Under the pieces are notes generated by a model. It saw only the letters and a program-made list of their open reading frames with translations, was not told where the DNA came from and made no database searches. A program made the position numbers and the translations under genes. A stretch of DNA of 64,000 nt. Origin: Harriotta raleighana. Taxonomy: Eukaryota. Below are positions 38,703-51,306 of the stretch, one piece after another; positions within the stretch are counted from its first letter, which is position 1, and each line of letters starts with the position of its first letter. The stretch lies in assembly GCA_050575255.1 (NCBI GenBank), contig JBNZDD010013714.1, positions 7,660,412-7,724,411 on the forward strand. Direction: 5' to 3'.

Positions 38703-39342
38703 AATGTAATATATAAAATGCCGCTGCAAGTTGGATGGAAAAGCAAAGTGGCACCAAACTGTAAATGTGACGAGTTCTTCAAAGACCAAAGATGTCTACT
38801 TAAGATTCTCTGTTTGCTGTCAATAGCTGTGGCTTAGCTGCAAGAGCCTCACAGGCACTCCCAGAAAGTACTGGCCATGTTACATCAGTGACAGCTTCCA
38901 TATGTAGGATATTGCTTTGAGCAAAGGAAATCCAGAGACGTCTTTTGGAATGTATTCACATGTCTATCTTCTTTCTTATCACAAGGGAGTAAGGAGAAAT
39001 AGTGAGCTAATAAGATAAAATGTCAGCAGCAGACAGGCATCAACTGAAATTATAGTCGGTGAGGGAAAAAAGAGAAATATAGTTGCCGGAACAAAGGAAA
39101 TTGACTTGCTATTATTGGCAATACTGTTATTACAGACTTAATGATTAAGATTATTAGGTGAAATGGGAAAACTGCATGAAATATCTCATTTAAAAAAAAG
39201 TTATATCACTTCAGGTTATTTTCATTGTTTCAACAAATGCATTGCCTATCATTCTGCAGTAGGACTATTTTGACCTGTAGTGAGAACATTTATGTGATAC
39301 AATTTGTTTGATAGGTTATCCTGACCATTGTAGCAGAAGAAA

Positions 39343-39724
39343 GAGCTTGTATTTTTTACATAGTGTCTTATCGTGTCGAAATATCTCAAAGCGCTTCACA
39401 GGCAGTGTCTTGTGCAGTGACATTTTTGTCACTGAACCATAATAGCCATTCATACCAGCAAAGTTCCTTAAATAACTATGATTCGAATGACTCATTAATA
39501 TGGAGGATTATTGATCAGGTCACCGGGAAACAGTCCCATCTCTTTTTTAAAATAGTTCCAAGGGTTCCTTTACCTTTCACACGAAGAACTGAGAGGTGAG
39601 ATGGTGCTACAGTTTTAATGTTAGCTGTTTCACTGTAGTGTCAGCTGAGCTTATAAACCCGATGTGGGGTTTGAACCCATTCCCCCTTTGACCAAGATTG
39701 TGAACACTTGAGCCACACTGGCAC
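39343..39724 (-). mobile_element. SacSINE1-like DeuSINE, near full length, degraded
   Basis: Reverse tail TCTCAAAGCGCTTCACA, Deu domain, and reverse B box GTGGGGTTTGAACCCA with TGAGCCAC. Confidence 0.75.
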
Positions 39725-40789
39725 AACCTCCCTTGACTGATTGTCTTAGCAGTTTCTGGCAGGAATCTAAGATGAGTTCACTTTACCCACAATGTAGTCC
39801 TTCCATCCCCTGAGATTCCTCTAAAAATTAAATATGAAGTATCGCTGAACATTTTGATGCATTGCACGCCTGCCTCCTATCAGAACAGTGATTACGACAG
39901 ATATTGTATGATGACCAAAAACAACTGCAAAAGCAGACCAGAAAATGATTGGTGTCTGTGTAATCCACTGGTTTCTAGAAAGCACTTGGTTTTGTTTGTA
40001 GTTTATTAGGACATATGGATAATGAATCTGTTTGTTGAAAATGAAGTGAGATTCCATTCTTCAACATAATTTTTTTTTTAAAAGTGGTTTGAGTTGATTG
40101 ACAGGTTTGTGCATATTTTAGTTTGCTTTGACATGCTGAGAAGGAAGTTGTTTCTGATCAAACCTGTGCTTGAGTCCAAGAGCAAAAGATTGCATTTGGA
40201 CAACAAAAAGACCTGTTTTTGTTCACAGTAGATTTAATGTCCCTAATTAGTTAACCTGCAACCTGCCTTGAGAGTTTCTAAATGAGCTGCTCTGGCAAAA
40301 CAAGACAAAACAAAACAACACATTTCCCTTCAGAATTCTTGTAAAACATTTGATTACAGTAGGGCTGTCTCAAAAAAACAAGCGGAGGAGGAACAATTTT
40401 CAAATCATTTAATTAAAGAGAATAAATAGCTGCAGGACATCTTTCTCCAATTTCTCCTGTTGTATTATCTTTTGTTTCTAAATGCGTGCAATGCTTTTCA
40501 GGCATGTCTGTTGGTTCCGCTGATACTTTCAATGAACTATTATTGGTATTTGCTTGTATTTTTAATGTTACAAAATGATTAATGGAAAGATAGACTATAT
40601 TATATAGTTCTTATAATATTCCTTATAACCCTACCAGTGTGTACTTTAGATCTGTAAATGGAATTTTTTTGGTTGTTGTTGACATGACATGCTGGGACTC
40701 GACAACCAAAAGGGCTGAGTTTCACACTCTCCAAGAATCTTTATCATTCTATAATATTGGCTAACAACCAAAAGAAACAAGCAGAATTT

Positions 40790-40950
40790 TAATAATCTTT
40801 GCAGTTGCATTCTGTATAATGAGTCTCAAAGCACTTCACAGGTTACTGTAAAGTGTTGTGCCTGTGTGTGTTTTGTGGATGAACAACAGCCGACTTGTGC
40901 AAAGAAATGTCCTACAAAAAGCTAATGGAGTGAGTGATCAATTTTATTTG
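40790..40950 (-). mobile_element. SINE tail and core, degraded
   Basis: AATAATCTTTGCAGTT...GTCTCAAAGCACTTCACAG...GTGATCAATTTTATT. Confidence 0.7.
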
Positions 40951-42199
40951 ATAAATTAGTATTCGTAGTCTCTTGCTTGTGAATATTAATTCATTTTGGA
41001 TACATGCTAAATTTCTGTACAGTATCTACAATCGGGTTGATAGAAAACAAAACCTGTAGTTTTTGTGCTTTAATAAGACCTAATTGTATAGTGTACAAAA
41101 ATCAGTTGTTAGAAATTAAGTATGAATTATCTTCCATTCCCTCTGCTTCCCCCATCTTTCAAGGGAATGGGATAACAGCCATCTGTGATGTCCAATAGTG
41201 AGAAATATACATGGAAAAAATTGCATTTACAGGTGTCTCTTAGTCAGAGGGGAATCCAGTCTGAGTTCTTCTGATGGTGAAGATTACAGGCTGCTTCCCA
41301 GCTTTGGAGAAAAGGCTCCAATTGATAGAACTGCAGCTGGGTTAGATGAAACTCTTCAGTTAGTTGGAAGGATACAATCAGGCCCTTATGGAGGAATTTG
41401 CTGCACCTGGTGATTTTTTCTCATGGCAGATTTTCAATCCCCTTTTAGTGAGAGTTGTCCTTTCTGCCAAATTGCAGAAAAAACACCATCTTTCATAGTG
41501 ACTGGGATCCCAGATCGAAGATCTCCACAAAATCTTCCATGACAGATGTGAGCTTGATGCACAATTCTACCACCCCCCCGACCCTGGGTCGAAACTCCAA
41601 CCATTTGAGCAAGCGCTCTGAGATGATACAATGAAGATAAAATGTTCCTTAGACCTATTCCTTCTCTTAAAGGAATTTACCATGAGGCAATCAAGTTCCC
41701 CTGTGACACGCAGGCTAACACAATAGTAGAGATGCCGAAATATCTCTATTGCTATTTTTTCACAAGTAAATCTTTTCTTTAGGATCTTTAGGATCACGAT
41801 CCAGAACAAATAATCATCAGGAGTAACAAAGAATACAGTGCATTCATTTCAACTTGAGGAAAATCTGTAACCTCAGTGCATTTTAAATCCAAATTTGATA
41901 TTAGAATTCAAGATTAAAGGTAAATTCATCAAAGGGGAAGGATCTGGTTTAATGCCAGGAAGGATTTGTGGGCAAGGAGAGCCCACAGAAGGTGAGCTAT
42001 ATATGCATCAGATAGGACAGAACAGTGGCAGTGAACGAGAGGGAATTTAACAGATGGTGATATCCTCTTATGAGGAAGAGACCAGACACACTGTGTAGTG
42101 CTTAGTTTCAAACCCATTAACAACCAAAGTGTTTTTTTTAATGAAAAGACACATTTCTGCACATAATTAAAAATAGATTTTTTTCAAAAAAGGATACAA

Positions 42200-42541
42200 C
42201 ATAAAGTGCAGTGACTGTGTATTTTATAGGCTGATCAATCACCTAATTTGGGCACAGCAACATCTTGCAAACAGACACGAAGCATGTGACCAATTTTCCT
42301 TGTGGGTTTGTTGGTCAGGCTCTGGGGAGAAACTCTATCTGATTACTACCATGCAATGTTTAATATCCACGTAAACAGACACTTGGGACCTCAGTTTAAA
42401 GTCCCATCCAAAATATGGCACCTTCAACGATGGATTGCTTCCCTTGCATTGCTTTGGAGTGTCAGTCCAGACTGTGAGTTCAAAGTCCCACATCCCTCTG
42501 ACTCAGATGCTTGAGTGCTGCTGACTGAGCCAAACTGACAC
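42200..42541 (-). mobile_element. SacSINE1-like DeuSINE
   Basis: CCTCAGTTTAAAGTCCCATCCAAAATATGGCACC...GGAGTGTCAG...CTCTGACTCAGA..GAGTGCTGCTGACTGAGCCA. Confidence 0.8.
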
Positions 42542-44614
42542 CTAATTTATCACATAATTTAAACTACCCAAATAATCCACTGGAATTGTAATATTCAGTT
42601 TTGATTGTTATGCATACTGACTTACATATTCACTATCAGATGCTGAATTTTTGAACAATAACCAATAGTCATATTTATTAAAACAATCAAGTAATTGAGT
42701 TGCAGCTTGATTGTGGTAGTTTTGACAGCTACGAACTATGCAAACAAATGAATTAGCTGCTTTTAGATGGTAGGCAATTGCAGTTGTAGTATGAGGGTGT
42801 CTGTCATACGTGTCCGCTTGAGTTAGATCAGCATTATGAGTAGGGGTTGTTGTATGAATTGATTGAGAGAGCACATCCTTAAACAAAGACTCAGATTTTT
42901 GAAATCATTAACATTGTTGAGGGAGGACAGCTTTCACTTTAATGCATAATGTACATTTCAGCAGTGATGTGCAATAATACTGTAACCAATTTGCATGAGT
43001 TTTTATTGATGCTTAATAAGCAAGGCAGTTCTGCACTATGCTCTGCTAAATCATGCATACATTTTTCTCCAGCTCTGACAGATTGTTTGAAAAATACTTT
43101 TAGGCAGTTTCGCAGTTTCGCAAGCTTATGGTTTATTTGCCCTTGTTTACAGATTAAGTGAGGTCTTACTGAAGGAAAAGGTTAGATTTGCTACAGGCTG
43201 CAGCTGATGGATAATTCTGTGAAACTGAAATTTTGAAGAATTAGAACTCAAGAGAACCTTTTCACAGGTTTCAGAAGCAATAATGTGCTGTGGTCTGAAA
43301 GTAGACAGAAAACGGTGATCCTTATCAGGATTTGTAGATTGATTTGATGTAGGATCAAGCCACAACAGCAAATGTTGCAAATTGGAAACAAATGCAAGAA
43401 GCAATACAAATACAATGTTAGCTGAATTTAGAGAGGCTGGGCTGCTACGCTGTACTCTGAATTATCTGAGCCAAATGCGTAAAGTTTTGATCTACTTTTG
43501 CCAACAATTTCAATTGGTTTTAGTGTTGAAATTACAAAAAAAAAGGAAAACGAGATACAATTGTGTCCTGGAAAAACGTTAACATTCCTAATTTTATATT
43601 TTTATAACATTAAGCACGGAAGCCACAAGTCTCGGACTGTGAGCAATGCTACACACTGATGCTACTTTGTGCTGCTTGTATGGTTTGCAGTTGAGCTTCA
43701 TATGCGCAAATCTCTGAAGTTGGCGCTTTGTCAGTGTACGGCTCTGATTTGTTGTGGGGAGGAAAGTATGGAGATATAAGCTGCACTTCCAGCTTTACAA
43801 ACCACAACATCACATTGAACAAGATTCTGTTTTATTTTCTTTTTGCAGATGCATTCATTTGTTCTGGCAAACACAACCATAGCTTCTTGTTATCAATTAG
43901 TTTTAGGCAATGCCTGATGGAGTTCAGTTTTTGATGAGCAATGTCTTGCTGCACAAATGGCAAATTTTGATTACATTATATGATGTTCTTGTTTGAAAGG
44001 ACCACTATATAAATCGGAATTTGATTTTAGTCATGCTTCAATTTTGTAGGTTTTTTAAAACTAATTACAATAATCAGCACCAGGCAATGTAATTTTGAAG
44101 AGGAGCTGATTATACCTTTGTCGAAAAGAAACTAGCTCAAAGTGGAAATAAAATTCAACTGAAAATTAAAACCCCATATAAATTAACTTTTCTGGATTTT
44201 GAACTTGTAAAAAAAAGCCTGAAAATAACAACGGGTGCATTTCAAAACAGTCAAACATTATCATTTCTTATGTGGAATATAATAATTTTAGCATTTCGAT
44301 CTGTCACCTGCAGACATTGATCAACTCAAAATACTTTACAACTACAGTAATTGTTGTTAAGCATAATGCCTGTATATTTCTAGACAAATACAGCAACCAC
44401 TTTGCACGCAGTAACTCCCAACAAATAGCACTGAAGTGAATAACCAATTTATCTGCCAAAACTCTTAACAAAATTAAAGAAATATTGCGGGTCTGAATAT
44501 GACTTTTGTAAACTGGAAGATGCAATTCGAGCAAGAGTTTTATTTGTGCAATTTCTTGATCAGAAGGCAAAAGGGCCTTTTTCTATACCTGGGCAAACAC
44601 TTTGTGAATTAACA

Positions 44615-44734
44615 AAATATTACAGATGCTAGAAATCTGAAACAAAAACAGAAATTACTGGGAAAACTCAGTAGGTCAGACAGCATCCATGGAGAAAGGA
44701 AAGTGAGTCAACATTTCGGACCCTTCATCAGAAC
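44615..44734 (-). mobile_element. Penelope-like retroelement terminal fragment
   Basis: CAGATGCTAGAAATCTGAAACAAAAACAGAAATTACTGGGAAAACTCAGTAGGTCAGACAGCATC is a common chondrichthyan repeat (recalled). The minus strand carries a CTGATGA...GAAA core. Confidence 0.7.
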
Positions 44735-47700
44735 AGGATTTAATGAATTAAGCCATTTTAAAACATAAAACAGACACTGTAATTAGCAAACTGATTTCTG
44801 GTCTGCTTTTTACAATCCATCACCTTGAAATAATCTTTAAATCACATTTCAAGATACATACCAGACATGTTGACACATTAAATTAGGGTATTCATTTTCC
44901 TCCCAGAGTAACTCTCCTTTTGTATCCCAGCAGATCAAGGATTAGCATTGTTCTTACTTGGAAGTTATTATAAACATCATACTGATGTTATACATTCCTT
45001 GAATGTCATCAAAACACATGGAAAAACATAGCTGTGTTCTGCAGCAGTGTGTTCGCTTGGTATTTATATTTTGCCATAACAATAATTATTTTCATTGGTT
45101 TCCTTATTATTGATGCAGCAGTCATCAAGACCCACTTTAAGTAGCAGAAATTCCTGAAACTGTGAGTTGGTGTTGAGGTCCTTAGGTTCTGTCGATAACA
45201 GAGCAACTTGACAAGGTTTTATTCAATCTAGCAAGCACTGCTACTTGCGAGCATGAAAAAAGTTACCAGTTCCGAGAGTCTGGTCTCCAGAGCAATCACA
45301 TTTCTTTGTGCTAGACGAAGAAAAATGAAGCAATGAACATCACAGGTCAGATTCACGAACACAGTAAGGTTCTATAAGAACCTACTGAGCTTGAGCAAAA
45401 TGTGGGAGAAACCACTGACAAGTGTCTTCTGCCCACTACATGCAATGGAATGGTAATAGTGATATCTCCAATTTTCAATCTAATGAATGAAACACACCAG
45501 CTTCTTTTACAACAATTAATATGATCAAAAAATTTCATATTCACCATTAGGTAGCTCGTCTTAGTTGTAGTAAATCTTTCTCCTCGCAGTGGGATACTTT
45601 GACAAGAGTAAGACATTGTTCACAACACTCTTAAGTGAATGCTATAGGTTACTTTAAATATACAATGCAGTTCTGGTTCACAGGTTACTTAGCATTCAGG
45701 GTGAACCTAAAATTTTTATAGTTCAGTTGTTATGGAAACCTCGCTTTACGAGCAATGCGCAGAGCCTCTTGACCAGAATGATGTATTTTTAAATAGTTCA
45801 TTCCAAATACGATTAAACAGTGATCTTAAAATCTAATCAGTCCTCTGAATACAGAAATGCAGAAATCTCTTCCTCTTTGGCATGCACCAATAGTTCTCAA
45901 GCTCCAAATAGACTAATAAATATTTTACATTTGCCCCAAATCCACTTACACATCCCTTTTCAAGCTGACATGGACAAGAGCTATAAATTAACCCAGAGTT
46001 CAGAATGATGGTGTACCCAGCTTTCTTTTGTCTTAACAATACTTTCATTTAAAATTGGTATTGCTTTAATATATGAGGCTGTAAGCTATATTCTGATATT
46101 GAGTGTGTGTGTGTGTATATGTGTTTCTATAAAGCAACCATTTTCAAAAGATTCATCGAGAGTGACTCAGACATCTAAATAGAGAATTCTATAGGTAACC
46201 CGTCATCCATTTGGTCTGCTAGTAATTTGCTTCTGTTTTGGAGCAAGTATCCTTTAGGTGGACTGTGATATACTGCTGCTGTTTAGATTCCACATTTTTC
46301 TCTTGTTGCTGAAACCACAGTAACATTTGAACATGTGGTGCAGGGTACATTGAACTCATCAGATTCCATACCACTTGCTTCAAAAGTATTCAGTTTATTT
46401 TCTTTCTCTCATGAATGCTACTTGGCCGGCTCCACACTATAACTTTAAACACTACACTCAAAAACCCAGTTCCGCAAATCCATTGGGACTTTTCAATTCA
46501 ACAAATGAAATAAAACTGAAGAAGACAGCTGGCGATATGAATCTAATACATAAAAATGGACAGAATTGAAACTGTTACAGGAAAGATTTCTTGGAAAAGA
46601 AATGTATGGTAGTCACTGTAATACCTGCCACACTTTATTATAGATTTTTTCATTTTCTCCAATGGATAAAGATTGGTCTTTTCTGTTAGCCTAGGGATGT
46701 AAGACGATGAAAACCATACATCATATTAAGTAAAAGCTGTCTATACCTGTATCGCACATGTATTGTAATGGAGCTATATGCCTTTAAGACAGAGATATAC
46801 ATCAACGATGTAGTTATCTACCACCAACAGAGCAGTTCTAGTTCTCAATTGATCAATTGGTCATATAGATCCAACTTACATATTCAATTTGTTATTCAAT
46901 TTGTTTTTTGGTAAATTGGATGTCTAACGCATCTCCATGCTAAGAGCTTCCAAATCCAACTACTGTTCTAAGAGTTCCTTATATGAATGGTTTCCATTTG
47001 ACTGCTATAACAAATAATAGCAGCCAGATAATTGTTTTTCAAAAAAAAATATTGCTGTTTTATTGGGATATTTTATTTGTTAAACCAATGGGAAAGATGA
47101 GTAAGTTGGAAGAGCATTGTTTTGGGGGAAAAGAAAGAGGGGGATTAGAGCCCTGGATTTAAAGGGCTGATAATATGGATTCTGTTAAAAGATCAAATCA
47201 GAGAGACCTGGTGGCTTAATTCAGTAAATTTGGCATCGGATTCTATAGAGAAATGCCAAATATGCCACTATGTTAAACAAAATTTATGTCAGCATGACAT
47301 CAGGTAGAATTAAAAGGCAATTTTGCAACTAATTGATTAATATTCAAGGGGAGCATGCACATGTAATCCTAACCCAGAGAATTATATTTTAATGCTGGAA
47401 ATGTATCATTTTCACAATAATTCTATAATATATTCTCATAAATAGCTTTTATATTCAAACAGCCTCCTCTATCTTATTACTGAATTGAAACTACTATAGA
47501 ATTCCATAGAACAGATTTCTTCTTAAAATAGACAATGGGGTCTAATCTGAAGCGATTTGTAGTGGGGCTCCTTAATAAGGATGTTGAGAAGATATCCTAT
47601 CCAGTAACCAGATGTATAATCACATTAACTCACAGGAATGGTGACCTGCAAGTATATCGAGTTGAAGGGAATCAGTGTAAAATAGTTACAGTTTCTTGTT

Positions 47701-48169
47701 TACAGGATCTTTGATCAGTCACTCAAAACTCAATTAGTTATACTGTATAGTCTATGACTTGATGCATTTTATTGTTTGAATCCAAATATTGTAAATTAAT
47801 TACCATCAGAAATCAAATGCAAGATATCCGGTCTGTACATGTTGAGTCCAGATTGTACTGTTAATTATCACTTGATGCATCAGTGAAAAGCATTCTTGCT
47901 GTTTCTGTTACCCAACTATAAGACAAGGTTTAATTACACATACTTCAAAGCCTAGTAGATCTGTTACAACTAGACAATTGTTAGTTAATTGCATTTTTAT
48001 TGTTCACGCCAAAATCCTAGTCTGGGTCTATGCAAGCCAAATATGAAAGTTAGATCATGATGATTTACAAATGACTACAGGGCTAGAAACAGGATGCAAC
48101 TGCCATAAACATTCTCAGCTGTAAACTGCAATTTGAGACAAGAGCAAAGTTCTGCTACTAGATCCTGAT

Positions 48170-48484
48170 AATGGCCTGCTCCATATCTTCTGCCCGACCT
48201 GCCCTACCATCATCGACTAGGCTTTCAGCCTCTCTGTCCATATTATTTGGAACCCCATCCCACAATCACTTCACCTTGCTCCCTTCGTTGCCTCCTTCAA
48301 TGGCCAACTCAAGACCCTCCTTTTTGACTGTGCCTTCAGTTGCCCATTCCTCATCTCTCTGGCTCCTTCATCTCTACCCTGCCCCTACCTCCCTTCTCTC
48401 TTCACTCGGTTCCTGAACCCTGACGTTTTAGAGACATCCTCCCAATGTGAAAGGCGCTCTACAAATGTAAATTTGTTGTTGTTG
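48170..48484 (+). mobile_element. L2 LINE 3' end
   Basis: C-rich body similar to 7020-7326, ending GTGAAAGGCGCTCTACAAATGTAAATTTGTTGTTG. Confidence 0.85.
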
Positions 48485-48791
48485 ATTGGGCATTTGGCAC
48501 AATGGAGAATCAAATACTTTTTCCCCATTAAATTTGGAGCTGGCATCAGTTCACAAACCAGAGCCAATGTAGCAAGACCTCTAATCATGTTAACATTATC
48601 TGCAGCTCCATTTTATTGTTGTACCACTTAATACCCCAAAAGAAAAAGACAAATTACATTATAGCATCAACTAAACATTTATTTGGAAAAAAGGTAATTT
48701 GCCCCACATACAAATTAGTAGGGTCATTTATCAGGGGTGTCCAATTTGGCACTTTTTTTGCTTTAACTGTTAAAACAGTTACATCCCTAAT

Positions 48792-49083
48792 AAACATCAA
48801 CAGCAACAACAAAATTACATTTATAAAGTGCCTTTCATGTCGGGAGGATGTCCCAAGGCGCTGAACAGTTAGGTCGGGACCCGAGCGGGTGTGGGGGTGG
48901 GGGTCGGGATAGGGGGAAGGAGAGTAGGAAAGGGGGAGAGTTAGGAGGGGAGCAGAAGGCACGGTCGAAGAGGAAGGTCTTGAGACTGGCCTTAAAGGAG
49001 GAGAGGGAGGAAGCGAGGCAATAGGATTACGGGATGGAGTAATGAGTGTGGGGGCAGAGAGGCTGAAAGCTTGGCCACCGATC
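48792..49083 (-). mobile_element. L2 LINE 3' end
   Basis: (AAC)n-ATTACATTTATAAAGTGCCTTTCATGTCGGGAGGATGTCCCAAGGCGC followed by a G-rich reverse body. Confidence 0.88.
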
Positions 49084-49129
49084 AAATAAATATTGACAAA
49101 AAAAACCTCTTATGATAGATTAGCCGGTC

Positions 49130-49460
49130 AATAATGTAGAACATTCTAGAAGAAAAAAGACCAAGGTCCATCTAGTTCGCCTTCCACCTCCTTGACTGTC
49201 GCATGCACATATGTCCCAAACTACCTTTCCACTATATCCCAAAATGTTATTTCCTAAAAGAAAATGATCTAATCTGTGTTTGAAAGAATCAATACTCCCT
49301 GCTTCAACCATCTCCCTGGGGAGCCTGTTCCATAGATTTATTATTTGCTCACTGAAGTAGTATTTGCATAGATTTGTTCTGAATTTACCCCCTCTTCAAT
49401 TGCAGGCTGTGTCCTCTGGTTCTACTATGCTGGACAAGTTGAAACAGCCCTGAACAGTGT
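49130..49460 (-). mobile_element. CR1 3' end
   Basis: Minus strand reads LFQLVQHSRTRGHSL..., WNRLPREMVEAGSIDSFKHRLDHFL, then the 3'UTR and tail. Confidence 0.9.
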
Positions 49461-49872
49461 TGAAAGAAAATGAGAATTCCTCTCATGATCCTTTGGTCTT
49501 AGACTAAATATTTAAAATGGCATTGATTCATCATTAGCTAGAAGTATACAGTAAAATCCAAGACCAGAAATGAGAGGAGAGACAGCTTTATTATAGTATT
49601 AAAAAGATCATTATTAAAATAATAGTCCTGTACTATTACTGAAGACAGGGTTAGTTCTGGAATTGCTGTAAAGAAGGAAGGATTTATCAATGTGCCAGTG
49701 AAAAGAGGTGAATGGACGGGTTGAGCTATAAAATACTCTGTGACATGCCCAACTACAGTCAATTAAGAAAACAATTGATCTTTCCCACCCGATTGGGGTT
49801 AAAATAGAACTAAGGCGACGGAAGGTTTAAGGAGCCTGTATATTGTGAATGTCATATGTTATCAGCCAACTC

Positions 49873-49939
49873 TCAGTGGGTTTGATGACTATGGGAAGCT
49901 GAAAAAAATTGTCAGCTTTGTACAGTCATCAAACACTGA
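49873..49939. ncRNA. Candidate pre-miRNA-like hairpin (unassigned)
   Basis: GTTTGATGACT/AGTCATCAAAC (11 bp), AAGCTGA/TCAGCTT (7 bp), TCAGT/ACTGA, and a 9-nt loop. Confidence 0.35.
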
Positions 49940-50938
49940 TACAGCGTTTGAGTTAAAAAGAATGATAAGCGGGGGTTGCTTTGGTTTCAAAGAGAGAAGA
50001 ACATTCAGTCTACAGTAATCCAAGGTACTGTTGATAGTTGACCTACCCATCTTGTTCTTCAATGCAATTTCTGGTATACATTCTTTGCACTATGAACCAC
50101 CCTCCCCCTCCCCCACTCCACCCGAACAGATAGATAGTCCTAGCCGAATAAGTGCCATGCTTTACTTTATTATGTTCAGTTTTACCTGTCCACAGGCAGA
50201 ATACATAATACCTGCTATTTATGGGATAAAATTTGTTAGGACACTTCTGTTCAGTACTTGCTAAAGGATTGGGAATTGTCTTAAACTTACCAGAGAATGT
50301 TTGGGGTGATCAGATAAGCCTTTTAACACACCGGGTGTTCCATTGGCAATGATTCCAAAGAAGCCCACTGAAGTAAATAGATGCTGACTAACCATATGTG
50401 TATTAAATGGGATGAAATGTCCTGCTGATACTGGCAAAGAAACAACCAGTTCTAATTATCTCCAAGGGAATCATTAAATTTTCGAAGGAAAGACCAATCT
50501 GCCAGCAGACAAAATGCTTTTTTGATGCAATCCAGTATATTGGCATTTTTTAAAAAAACATATAAAAACAGTAAAAAGTAGGTTATTTTTCTTTCTAAGT
50601 TAAAAATGAATAAGTAGTTAACAAGAAATCTTGAATTGTGGGTAAGATTTCAGCGTGAAACATTAAGTTTTCAAAAGGTTGTTACTCCAATGTGTTCTTT
50701 GTTATAAAACCCACGAGCAAATTAGCAAATTAATTAGGAGACGATGAAAGGTGCTGAAAGGTCTTTATTATATCGGTTTTTGAAGAGGAGGAACTTGGTT
50801 TATAAAACTGGAATGAACAATAATGTTTATCCTTAGTACTATAATATATCAGTGTGATATCAGTATTAGTATGTCTAAAAAATGTAATTTTCTACACGGC
50901 TCTTCAGCTGTTACTTGATATGAACTATTCACTAGTAA

Positions 50939-51306
50939 TGGAGACACGTAGCTTAGTGTTTTGAGCACTCGCTTTGCAAGCGAGAGAGCTGGATTTGATT
51001 TCCAGTAGGGCAAAATGTTGGGCAAATTTCCTTACTCCACAAGCCTCTGTTTACCCAGCATTGAGTAGGAACCCGATTGTTAGTGGTTGGCAGCTCGCTT
51101 TTCCAGGGGTAATAATTCCTTCAAAAAAAATTGGTCACTTCAACCCATGACTTTTTGTGAGTTACTGCTGTGCACAATTGGTTGCCGCATTTTGGCTATC
51201 AAATACACAGTAATTTCACTGTACAGTAAATTCTGTGAAGCGCTTTGAGATGTCTTGAAGACATGATAAGATGCTATATCAAATGCAAGGATTATTATTA
51301 CTATTA
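50939..51306 (+). mobile_element. Full-length SINE2-1_CM-like element, long variant
   Basis: tRNA-Ala-like head (GTAGCTTAGTG..CTCGCTTTGCAAGCGAG), extra segment CCTCTGTTTACCCAGCA..AGTAGGAACC, Deu core and (ATT)n tail. Confidence 0.9.

Noticed and set aside
43826-43934. Strong + strand acceptor (ttttattttctttttgcag), with similar ones at 15822, 30965 and 33540
   Set aside because: No convincing downstream donor or recognisable peptide; expected by chance in T-rich DNA.
48654-49085. 143-aa Pro/Ser-rich ORF, and the similar ORF at 6883-7251
   Set aside because: Read-through of C-rich L2 3' ends; low stop-codon density explains the length.
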